From Candidatus Uhrbacteria bacterium RIFCSPLOWO2_01_FULL_47_25 (GTDB taxonomy: Bacteria; Patescibacteriota; Patescibacteriia; GWA2-46-9), in assembly GCA_001791325.1 (NCBI GenBank), contig MGEK01000023.1, forward strand, positions 4,405-68,404: 64,000 nucleotides of DNA, given 5' to 3'. The position numbers were made by a program, and so were the translations under genes. Every line of letters begins with the position of its first letter. Within the stretch, counting starts at the first letter, position 1. Below the pieces are notes generated by a model. That model did no database searches, was not told where the DNA came from, and saw only the letters and a list, made by a program, of their open reading frames with translations. Of the stretch, positions 39,463-47,765 are shown piece after piece.

Positions 39463-40146
39463 TTAACTAAGATCTTGTTTCTTTGCCTCAAACTCTTCTT
39501 TATTAATTTCTCCTTTGGCATAGCGTTCCTTCAATATATCAAAAGCATGATTACTACGTCCACTCCCCTGACTTTGAACGATTAACCAGCGAATTAGAGC
39601 CACGATAGCTACAATCACTAGTACCCAGAAAATAATCATGATTAACATACCAAAAAATCCAAAGAAACTTGATCCATATCCATACGCTCCAAAATTCCCC
39701 ATCATATTGCTATCACCTCCTTTCCCTAAAGTTTGCCATCCCATCATTCCTGCCATCATTGGCATAAAGCCAAGCGCGTTGGAGGGATAGGCCGTAGCCG
39801 TATCACAACCACTAAAACGCTTGCCCATCACGACGTGCATTTGTTCTTCGCCGTCTTCGCCCATCATTCTTGTCATCATGGCGTTCATCGCCGCGTGCGA
39901 CGCGCCAGCCATTTGCCCCATAAAATATTCGCCTAATACGGCAAAATTTTCGTCCGTTAAGTCAAGGCAAGGATTTTCTTTGATCCGAATTTGCTGCCAC
40001 AGAGCTTTACCTTCCTGCTCTTCGCGCGCCGTGTGGTCATCGGTAATCGCGCCATTGACCGAAAGGTCCATCATCGCCGCACGCGTTGATATACTAACTA
40101 GAAAAACCAGTATTACCGCTAGCGTAACGTAGGATATTTTTTTCAT
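39463..40146 (-). CDS. Met-rich secreted/TM protein with C-terminal SHOCT domain
   Basis: HAAMNAMMTRMMG, C-terminal ILKERYAKGEINKEEF. Confidence 0.85.
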   Translation of the reverse strand: MKKISYVTLAVILVFLVSISTRAAMMDLSVNGAITDDHTAREEQEGKALWQQIRIKENPCLDLTDENFAVLGEYFMGQMAGASHAAMNAMMTRMMGEDGEEQMHVVMGKRFSGCDTATAYPSNALGFMPMMAGMMGWQTLGKGGDSNMMGNFGAYGYGSSFFGFFGMLIMIIFWVLVIVAIVALIRWLIVQSQGSGRSNHAFDILKERYAKGEINKEEFEAKKQDLS

Positions 40147-40175
40147 ATAATTTACATTCGGGAGCTATTCCCCTG

Positions 40176-40445
40176 TCAATGACGACGACAAAGACGATAT
40201 ACCTCCATCAATTCCTTTTTAGATCTCTGTTCTTTCCCGCTTTTGATCTGTTCTATAACATGCGTCGCGATATGATGCTCAAGAATTAAATCTTCAATGG
40301 CGCACAACGCTTCTTTAATGGCTGACGATTGATGCAGTATTTGAATACAGTATGTATCATTCTCCACCATTCGCTGTAGGCCACGAACCTGCCCCTCCAG
40401 AATTTTTAAACGGCGAATGGCTGTTAATCTCGTCTTTTTATTCAT
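40176..40445 (-). CDS. csoR: CsoR/RcnR-family metal-sensing repressor
   Basis: RRLKILEGQVRGLQRMVE..YCIQILHQ...HH. Upstream of copA. Confidence 0.88.
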   Translation of the reverse strand: MNKKTRLTAIRRLKILEGQVRGLQRMVENDTYCIQILHQSSAIKEALCAIEDLILEHHIATHVIEQIKSGKEQRSKKELMEVYRLCRRH

Positions 40446-40451
40446 AAATCT

Positions 40452-40480
40452 ATGATACCCCCTAGGGGTATTTATGTCAA
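40452..40480 (-). promoter_or_regulatory. Promoter with overlapping CsoR-type operator
   Basis: TTGACA, 17 bp spacer, TATCAT, with palindrome ATACCCC-CTA-GGGGTAT (40455-40471) in the spacer. Confidence 0.85.
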
Positions 40481-40508
40481 TGCTAGTAACTTACCCGCCG
40501 TTCGCCGG

Positions 40509-41063
40509 TCAATCATACTTAATCTCAATCTTATCATTGTCCTGCATAATGTAGTTCTCAAATGCATCATTCGTCTGGCCATTCACATACATCTTAACGG
40601 TGCCGTCCGGGCCGTTTGAGTAATCAAGAATCCGTTCCCGGCTGAACATCTTGCCCCAATTATTAAAGAACCCTCCAACTGTTAAATCATCTTTCTTCAC
40701 AAGGTTAGAAAACTCCAAATGCACAACCCCATCTGCCTCATGGGTATGGATCGGCTGATGGACAAGTCCAAGGCCAATAGCTTCAGGAATATCCTGTCTG
40801 ACACCCTTAATGTAAATCGCCATTTCCGGGTGCCAATGGAGACCATTGCGCGACACAATGTCTGCTTCGGTTAACGGTGGCTGTTTAGCGGCGTATCTGG
40901 CAATTGCTATAATGCCAGCCGCTAATACGAGAAAGATGCCGATGAGGATAGCGGCTTTATTCAGCCACTGGCGCCGACGGAGACTGGCTGTCTCGCCTGC
41001 GCGGCTCTGCCGCCTCAACTCTCGCCTGGCACGTTTTGTTGGTGGTTGATAAGAAATATCCAT
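40509..41063 (-). CDS. Membrane-anchored His-motif hypothetical protein
   Basis: TM plus HWH, IHTH and VHLE motifs; ubiquitin-like C-terminus. Confidence 0.8.
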   Translation of the reverse strand: MDISYQPPTKRARRELRRQSRAGETASLRRRQWLNKAAILIGIFLVLAAGIIAIARYAAKQPPLTEADIVSRNGLHWHPEMAIYIKGVRQDIPEAIGLGLVHQPIHTHEADGVVHLEFSNLVKKDDLTVGGFFNNWGKMFSRERILDYSNGPDGTVKMYVNGQTNDAFENYIMQDNDKIEIKYD

Positions 41064-41128
41064 TTAATTTAAGGTTAGCTGAAAATAAAATAATATAACT
41101 AACTACGTGCTCAACTTCGTTCCTATAT

Positions 41129-41230
41129 ACCCCGCTAGAAGTCCTCGGAAGATAAAATTCTTGAGGGGATTTTATCTTCGGCGGTAATTATAGTAATGAA
41201 CCTCCGCGCAGCAAGACCGCGGGGAATAAT
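41129..41230. mobile_element. Truncated family A element interrupted by an IS605-like palindrome
   Basis: ACCCCGCTAGAAGTCC plus GAAGATAAAATTC...TTTTATCTTC, then CCTCCGCGCAGCAAGACCGCGGGG. Confidence 0.7.
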
Positions 41231-41247
41231 CAAGTTTAAAATCCCGA

Positions 41248-42372
41248 TTACCTAATAAGTATATACCCGCCAGGCACTCCTTTTTTAGATAAAACAATCT
41301 GCCACAATTGATTTTTTCTGGCCCGAAACGATCCGGCGCAAGCCAATAGATAATATCTCCACATCCGATAAAATCTTTCGTCATAATTTGATTTTATGCT
41401 ATCCCAATTGTCTTCAAAATTTTTATGCCAAGCCATAAGGGTCTTATCATAATCAGCCCCAAAATTGTGCCAATCCTCCATCACGAACAATCCCTCAATT
41501 GCTTTGCTGATCTGTCGAATTGAGGGAAGCATGGAGTTTGGAAATATATATTTTTCAATCCACGGATCTGTGCCGCGCACCGAACGGTTGACTCCTATCG
41601 TTTGCAATAAAAATAAACCATCGTCTTTAAGCACATTGTGCACGACCTTCATAAATGTACGATAATTTTTATATCCTACGTGCTCAAACATTCCTAAAGA
41701 CACCACATGGTTAAACTTTTCATTGATATCCCGATAATCCTGAAGCCGCGTTTCTGCGGAAAGATTTTTGTACAATGTATCAGCCAATTCTTTTTGCTCT
41801 TTTGAGACAGTAATTCCAAGCGCGCTGACTCCGTATTTTTCGGCGACATACCCGATAAAGCTTCCCCAGCCGGAACCGATATCAAGTATTTTCTGTCCGC
41901 GTTTTAGACCAATTTTTCTGCAAACGAGACCTAATTTTGCTTCTTGCGCATCATCGAGTCCACCAGCCGGTGGATTACCGCCCCAATATCCGCAGGTATA
42001 AGTTAAACGCTTATCAAGCATCGTGCGATATAGATCGTTGCCAATGTCATAATGCCGCTTCCCTATCTCAAAGGATTTTGATTTTCTTCCAGCATTCAAG
42101 ATGGAATTCCAAACAAATTCGGATATTACGTTCCAATTGTATCTAACTCGACTGTCAATATCGGCTCCGAGAACCTTATCGAAAAACTGATCAAGCCTTT
42201 CGCAATCCCACCAGCCGTCCATATACGACTCTCCAAGCCCCAATGATCCCTGTCGTAATATGCGGCTGTAAAAATCCGCGTTGTGTATCTGAAGATCGTA
42301 CGGATTATTTCCGTTTATTGTAATGCCTACGCTTGCAAGCAACGACTTGATAATTTCTTTACTCTTCTTCAT
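41248..42372 (-). CDS. cfa: Cyclopropane-fatty-acyl-phospholipid synthase
   Basis: LGLGESYMDGWWD, HYDIGNDLY, LDIGSGWG, GMFEHVG, YIFP. Confidence 0.96.
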   Translation of the reverse strand: MKKSKEIIKSLLASVGITINGNNPYDLQIHNADFYSRILRQGSLGLGESYMDGWWDCERLDQFFDKVLGADIDSRVRYNWNVISEFVWNSILNAGRKSKSFEIGKRHYDIGNDLYRTMLDKRLTYTCGYWGGNPPAGGLDDAQEAKLGLVCRKIGLKRGQKILDIGSGWGSFIGYVAEKYGVSALGITVSKEQKELADTLYKNLSAETRLQDYRDINEKFNHVVSLGMFEHVGYKNYRTFMKVVHNVLKDDGLFLLQTIGVNRSVRGTDPWIEKYIFPNSMLPSIRQISKAIEGLFVMEDWHNFGADYDKTLMAWHKNFEDNWDSIKSNYDERFYRMWRYYLLACAGSFRARKNQLWQIVLSKKGVPGGYILIR

Positions 42373-42420
42373 ACTAATAAATCTCCAAAATTCCTTATTA
42401 TTGTTTTTTGTTTTCCGATA

Positions 42421-42515
42421 ATGGAGCTTCCCTGCTTTACCCCGCCGCGGCGGGGCGGCGGGATGGCATCTTGACGGACGGGGTTTTGTGGAGCGCTTGC
42501 CTGCCGGCAGGCAAG
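42421..42515. mobile_element. Family B end plus perfect GC palindrome (42496-42515)
   Basis: TGGAGCTTCCCTGCTTTACCCCGCCGCGGCGGGG...TGGCATC...ACGGGGT and CTTGCCTGCCGGCAGGCAAG. Confidence 0.68.
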
Positions 42516-42547
42516 ATGGTTTTCTAAAATTTAATCTTCAACGCCAA

Positions 42548-43618
42548 TTATACTCCACAGCCGCCTCCACCGCCACCTTGCCTCTCCGGCGGCGTAACTT
42601 GATTGAGTACCTGCTTGTATCCTGAAGCACTGGAAAGATTCACGCCCAAAATCTCTCGCGGATCAGCTTGTTCCCAAGTCGTTCCGTTTGTTTGAAGAAA
42701 TTTAGCAATGGTTAAATAAGTGTCGGGGAACCAATAGGCATTAACCGCCAGGGCGGCTCTATACATATCTTCTTCACTGACCCCTTGCGAGGCCATAATC
42801 TCCAAAAGACCGAGCATGGCCATGCCATGATTACAGTCTGGAAAATATGTTGAATTGCCGCAACAGGGGCGATAGATGCCCTGCGATACCTTCTCAACCA
42901 ACTTCTGCTGTTCTACGGTCAACGTCACAAAAGCGTGCTTGCTATAATGGTTCATCGCATCTCCTTTGGCGAGCGTCCATCCGCCGGTTGAAGCAAAACC
43001 GCCGGCGCCACCATATGCCGCATCCTGCATCGGACCTTTATCCAAAATCTCGTTTTTATTGCCAAGGCCAAAGGCCCAAAGCAAATTCAACAGCACCCCC
43101 GAATTCTGCGCAGTAATTTTCAATCTTCCGTTGCTTGAATCTGCCAACAACCGCCCTGTTTCAACATCAAGACCGCCGCGTTCGGCATAAAGCGACTCAA
43201 ATTTCTGTCCATCAACGACTCCGGCGGCTGTCATTTTGACACCCAAATCACCCCAAACCACGGGTAAATCAACACCCGCTGACGGCAAAACAACCCTTTC
43301 TAAATCACTAGAAGCCACATCCACATTAGCACTGTGCTGTTTAGTTGCATCAGCGCCACTGAGTCCGTTCACGGCGTTGCCTGACGACTTCGCCCCAAGC
43401 ATTCTATTCAACAATGGCTTTCTGCCGACTGTGATATCAACACTGAAAAATAATCCAAGCAAATTAATCACTAAAACAGCTAAACCAATTACGCCAATGA
43501 CATCAAGCGGACGGTACTTTTTCCAATTCCACCTGTTCCAATTCCACTTGCGTCGTGGCTTGATATTAGAAGCCTCTAAACTTTCCGTAGTCTCTATATT
43601 CTCATGTTGTGTTTCCAT
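42548..43618 (-). CDS. Membrane-anchored Cys/His-motif hypothetical protein
   Basis: RPCCGNSTYFPDCNHGMAM, C-terminal GGGGGGCGV. Confidence 0.85.
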   Translation of the reverse strand: METQHENIETTESLEASNIKPRRKWNWNRWNWKKYRPLDVIGVIGLAVLVINLLGLFFSVDITVGRKPLLNRMLGAKSSGNAVNGLSGADATKQHSANVDVASSDLERVVLPSAGVDLPVVWGDLGVKMTAAGVVDGQKFESLYAERGGLDVETGRLLADSSNGRLKITAQNSGVLLNLLWAFGLGNKNEILDKGPMQDAAYGGAGGFASTGGWTLAKGDAMNHYSKHAFVTLTVEQQKLVEKVSQGIYRPCCGNSTYFPDCNHGMAMLGLLEIMASQGVSEEDMYRAALAVNAYWFPDTYLTIAKFLQTNGTTWEQADPREILGVNLSSASGYKQVLNQVTPPERQGGGGGGCGV

Positions 43619-43630
43619 AAGATAAATGAA

Positions 43631-44068
43631 TTAAGAATTAATTAAGTTAGTTTTTCTAATCATCATTATTAAGTAAGCAATGCCAGCCAAGTTAAATAAG
43701 ACGCTCGCGGCCAATAAATAAACCTGATACTTTATGAGCGCAGCGGCAAACAGAGTAAGACCCAAGAAAGGAAGGAAGTCCACTAAGCGATGAGCGCAGC
43801 AGGCAACCATGGCTATGGTTGAACCAGCACCGCCGCCAGCTACAACTCCAGCTGAAGGATGGTTGTGGCTACCGCGCAAATACGCAAACAAACCAACCTC
43901 AACGCCAAAACCAACTATTAGCGCTGCCATCCAATACCATAAACTGCTAAACTGGCGCCAGGCAAAATCAGCACCGGAAACTAAACTGGTCACGCCGAAT
44001 GATAGACCAAAAAGAGCCAGGCTAGCAACTGCTCCGATGAGAATAGAACGAGGCACTAACGCAGCCAT
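43631..44068 (-). CDS. Membrane protein with MVACCAH motif
   Basis: Four TM helices and a conserved-looking CCxH. Confidence 0.8.
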   Translation of the reverse strand: MAALVPRSILIGAVASLALFGLSFGVTSLVSGADFAWRQFSSLWYWMAALIVGFGVEVGLFAYLRGSHNHPSAGVVAGGGAGSTIAMVACCAHRLVDFLPFLGLTLFAAALIKYQVYLLAASVLFNLAGIAYLIMMIRKTNLINS

Positions 44069-44559
44069 ACAATTTCCCTTCTTGGCACACCCGCAAGATC
44101 GCGCACCACTAAACGAACATTCCCTTTAACTTTGGAAAAATATAGGGTGAACTCTTGATGATGTCCACTGCCCGAAGATTCAACGCGCTCGGCCGGGATA
44201 GCTATACCATCATCGCTCTCCAAGTTGATCTGCGTGTTTGGGTTAAAAGCAGATAAGTCAACGGAATGCGTATCAATAGCAACGTTGAATACCAGCTTTC
44301 CTTCAAATTCGCTAAACTCCGCTATCACAGTAACTCCCCTCTCGCCATTATCGCTTTTTGATTCGCCCCGCACAACAGGAAGCTCTTTCCTCAAGGCGGA
44401 TGAAGCCGCGATGCGGGGTTCGCCGCGCAACGTGGATTTTGACTCTTGAACAGCATCACTGTACGGACGCGACATTAGCAACCCAAAACCAAAAAGAATA
44501 GCTATTGGAAGAAAAATTAGAACGGCCACTTTGACTACGCGCATCATATTCAGCAACAC
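44056..44559 (-). CDS. Membrane-anchored protein with DTHSVDL / SGHH motifs
   Basis: TM plus His motifs. Overlaps its neighbours, consistent with an operon. Confidence 0.75.
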   Translation of the reverse strand: MLLNMMRVVKVAVLIFLPIAILFGFGLLMSRPYSDAVQESKSTLRGEPRIAASSALRKELPVVRGESKSDNGERGVTVIAEFSEFEGKLVFNVAIDTHSVDLSAFNPNTQINLESDDGIAIPAERVESSGSGHHQEFTLYFSKVKGNVRLVVRDLAGVPRREIVWLR

Positions 44560-45008
44560 TTATCCATTTCCCGCTCAAGTTCCAACACCTGTTTGTCATC
44601 ATGACCCTTCCCTAATCTACTGCTCCCAAGGAAAAAAAATCCAGTAATAATGGCTAGAGCAACTAAAGTTGAGAAGAATCCAACCCACTGCCAAGACAGC
44701 AGATAAAGAACGGTCATGAAACCAGCTGGAATAAAAAGCGTCTTCCAAAGAAGCGGCGAGCGGTGCCGCGGCAATTTTGTTTCTAGCTGATAAGCCAACC
44801 CCACAACCGAGCCGCCCATAAGCACGGCCGGAACAAGCAAGTCAATGTTATAACTTAATATCCGCGCTCCAATCATCCACAACCACGTGCCGCTGACTCC
44901 GGCGCAGATGGCGCAAACGCGCCACGGGAAAAATCGGTTAAGAAACCAAATAATTCCCGTGAGCGCAAAGATTGAAATTACGGCGATGAAGGAAAGCGTC
45001 AGAGCCAT
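44550..45008 (-). CDS. Membrane protein with CxxC and C-terminal CC
   Basis: VCAICAG; ends MDKCC. Confidence 0.8.
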   Translation of the reverse strand: MALTLSFIAVISIFALTGIIWFLNRFFPWRVCAICAGVSGTWLWMIGARILSYNIDLLVPAVLMGGSVVGLAYQLETKLPRHRSPLLWKTLFIPAGFMTVLYLLSWQWVGFFSTLVALAIITGFFFLGSSRLGKGHDDKQVLELEREMDKCC

Positions 45009-45781
45009 AAAATTATAATCCCCAAGGCAATCATAGCGAGCCCGCCACCCAATCGCATCACACTGCGTTCGCTTTTCTGCCAGGCCTCAACTTTATTAAG
45101 CAAGTTCTTGTCGCTCGCCAGCAATAGCAAGATTACCAAAGGTGAAACAAAGATAAGGTTATAGAGAATCAGGTAACCAAAACCCAATAAGTAAGTGGCT
45201 TGATCATGCAATAATCCGAGAGCCGTCAAATACGGCCCGCCCGTGCAAGGGAATTCGCATATACCGACCAACGCACCGAGCAAAAAGGCCGTGGGTATTG
45301 AAGCTTGCTCCATCAGTATGGCCATCCGACGATGTGCGGCATGCGGAATCTTTAGCTTAATTGGGAAACTTGGCCAGATTTCGTTAATCACATTGATGAA
45401 GCCAAGCACGATTAACAGTATCGCACCGATCCTAGCCATAAAGTGTGGGGTGCTGAATAGATGGAGCGTTCCCAATATCCCCAGACCAATCAATAGATAA
45501 ACCAGAAAGAGACCGGCAACATAGGCTCCGCCAATAGTTAAGATTCTGGAGCGCAACTGGCCAATGCTAAAGAGAAAAGCAACCGTTAAAAGCAACACGG
45601 AAAAGGCGCAGGGATTAACACTGTCAAGAAGCGCTGAAGTTATAATTAATGGTAGCAACCATTTGCCGCCATCGCTCCACGTCCAAAGCGTAGCCGTAAC
45701 CGCGCTGCCAGAACGAAGCAATAGCACTGCCGCAATAAGAACTGCCGCCAGTGACAAGAGCGTAATTATTCTTTTGTTCAT
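44999..45781 (-). CDS. CcdA/DsbD-family cytochrome c biogenesis-type TM protein
   Basis: DSVNPCAF and CEFPCTGGPY. Confidence 0.88.
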   Translation of the reverse strand: MNKRIITLLSLAAVLIAAVLLLRSGSAVTATLWTWSDGGKWLLPLIITSALLDSVNPCAFSVLLLTVAFLFSIGQLRSRILTIGGAYVAGLFLVYLLIGLGILGTLHLFSTPHFMARIGAILLIVLGFINVINEIWPSFPIKLKIPHAAHRRMAILMEQASIPTAFLLGALVGICEFPCTGGPYLTALGLLHDQATYLLGFGYLILYNLIFVSPLVILLLLASDKNLLNKVEAWQKSERSVMRLGGGLAMIALGIIILWL

Positions 45782-45787
45782 AATAAG

Positions 45788-46333
45788 CTACGGCGTTACG
45801 TTAGCCGAGAAGCGAAACTCAAGAGGTAAACCAGCATCATTCTCAAGAGAAACCATGCGATCAATTCTCCCTACCCCAGCCGGCCCGTGCGCTGTTGGGT
45901 CAAAAGTAACCTCAACGTCAGTAGATTGACCAGGATTCAATGTTTCACTAATGGACGGAACTATTCCATGCCCGGGCATGCCAAAAGGGCCCACTCGCCG
46001 ATCGCCGATGAGCAAGGCCGCTTTCGTGCACATGCAAGAAGTATAAAGCTTGGTCAGCGTGACGGGACGATCAGTGGGATTTTTCACAAGGAAGCGACGA
46101 CTCACGTTACCTGTGGCCATGGAAACAGTGCCAAAGTCGTAGTTTGTTTCTTCGGCGGCCAAAACGATTTGACTAGATTTATTGGTTTTGCCGCCGCCTG
46201 ATGTTCCGGGCTGACTCAACCAAACAAACCCCACAAAAACAACCAGCACTACTGCAAAACCTATTAACATATTTTTTTGTTCAACGATGAATTGTTTAAG
46301 CATAACAATAAGCACCCCGTTTGCGGGGTGCAT
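45788..46333 (-). CDS. DUF1573 domain protein
   Basis: YDFGTV, TSCMCT, LNPGQS...VTFDP. Confidence 0.85.
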   Translation of the reverse strand: MHPANGVLIVMLKQFIVEQKNMLIGFAVVLVVFVGFVWLSQPGTSGGGKTNKSSQIVLAAEETNYDFGTVSMATGNVSRRFLVKNPTDRPVTLTKLYTSCMCTKAALLIGDRRVGPFGMPGHGIVPSISETLNPGQSTDVEVTFDPTAHGPAGVGRIDRMVSLENDAGLPLEFRFSANVTP

Positions 46334-46406
46334 AATCTAATAATTAACTTGAAACTAAATAATAACCAACAAGTCAATACATCGCAAGGTTATAACCTTG
46401 ATAAGA

Positions 46407-46847
46407 TTAACGCACCCATAACGCCGCGACCGGATCACGCTTCTCATGCAAGGCGAGCCATTGCCGTAAATTTGCTTCTAGCGGCGTAACAGATTGCTCA
46501 ACATTTGTATATCCTGCTGCCATTAAACGACCAATAGATAGAATGCTACCGCGCCACAAAAATTTCAACCGCACGAGTGCCACTAGGACGAGCATCAGCA
46601 ACAGTGCGGTTATAACACTAAGAAAATCAGGCGAAGCGGCAAATATTTTTAAAACCTCCAGATGAAAAGATAAAAAGTCCGCGGGAACTGAACCGGCCTC
46701 CTCCGGGCACGGCGCCACCCTGCCGACGGAAGCAACACAACCGCCCACCTCATGTCCTGCGACATGCTCCATCATCGTAAACCCAAACAGAGCTACGCCA
46801 AAAACACTAATGGTTAACAAAATCACCGATAAAGACTTCAATTTCAT
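46407..46847 (-). CDS. Hypothetical membrane protein (Met/His/Cys motifs)
   Basis: TM-MMEH..H..GC..PC-TM; ends WLALHEKRDP. Confidence 0.7.
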   Translation of the reverse strand: MKLKSLSVILLTISVFGVALFGFTMMEHVAGHEVGGCVASVGRVAPCPEEAGSVPADFLSFHLEVLKIFAASPDFLSVITALLLMLVLVALVRLKFLWRGSILSIGRLMAAGYTNVEQSVTPLEANLRQWLALHEKRDPVAALWVR

Positions 46848-46893
46848 ATATACCTTGATAATAAGGTACTCTATTTGATTTAATAAGTCAATA

Positions 46894-47736
46894 TCAAACT
46901 GGCGACACTACTGGTTCTTCCGATTTGGCCGTAAAATTGATAATCGTAATAATAACCGTAATTATCGTAAACGAAAATGGCGGTACAAGTGAGGGAAAAG
47001 GATTTAACAGCATACCAATAACGCCAATAAGAGCAAAGGGCATAGTGGATGCATGAATCGCCATCTGGTAGGCGCGTTTAAAAGGCAAACTATTTTTTTT
47101 CAAACGGTAAAAAATCCATATAAACAGAGAGGCTAAGATAATACGTACAAAAAATGAAGTATAGATAAACAAACCGCCGATAAACAGACCAAAAAACATA
47201 ATGGGCATGATCCAGCCCAAAAAAGGTTGAATAGTGTTAATCCATGATACTATTTGGCGTCTATCAATTGTAACATTGGGTACATTCTTCAAGGACGTTA
47301 TCTTTCCTTGCCCTTTATTTTCATAAGATATAAGGCTGTCTTTGGTCAGAATGAATGGCGCGTCATACTCTTCAATTTTATTTAGTGAAAAAGAATTTTT
47401 TGTGTCTACAACGACCGCATTGCGCCAAGGCATATTTGAACCGAGCGGGAACGGAATCGTTACCGGCTCTTCTTTGTTATGCGTGGCCTGCCCGTTTTTA
47501 ATTTCAATAACCAAATCTTCGGGAAATGATTTTATAATTAACGGGCCGGCTGTCTGTACAAGATTGTTGACTGTTGGCAATAAACTAATCCCTATAATAC
47601 TAGTAAAGATAACCGAAGCAAAAAGAATAAGTACGAAATAATAGCTGACAGAACTAGACAATGTCTGGTTGGACAAATTTCGGTAAAATTCTTTGGAGTA
47701 AATACTGTTCCAGAATGTCTGGATAAAAATTTTCAT
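46894..47736 (-). CDS. DUF1189-family membrane protein
   Basis: SIYSKEFY N-terminus, TM, extracellular domain, 4 TM with HASTMP. Confidence 0.75.
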   Translation of the reverse strand: MKIFIQTFWNSIYSKEFYRNLSNQTLSSSVSYYFVLILFASVIFTSIIGISLLPTVNNLVQTAGPLIIKSFPEDLVIEIKNGQATHNKEEPVTIPFPLGSNMPWRNAVVVDTKNSFSLNKIEEYDAPFILTKDSLISYENKGQGKITSLKNVPNVTIDRRQIVSWINTIQPFLGWIMPIMFFGLFIGGLFIYTSFFVRIILASLFIWIFYRLKKNSLPFKRAYQMAIHASTMPFALIGVIGMLLNPFPSLVPPFSFTIITVIITIINFTAKSEEPVVSPV

Positions 47737-47765
47737 AGTTTTAAAACCTATTTAAATCATTTTAT

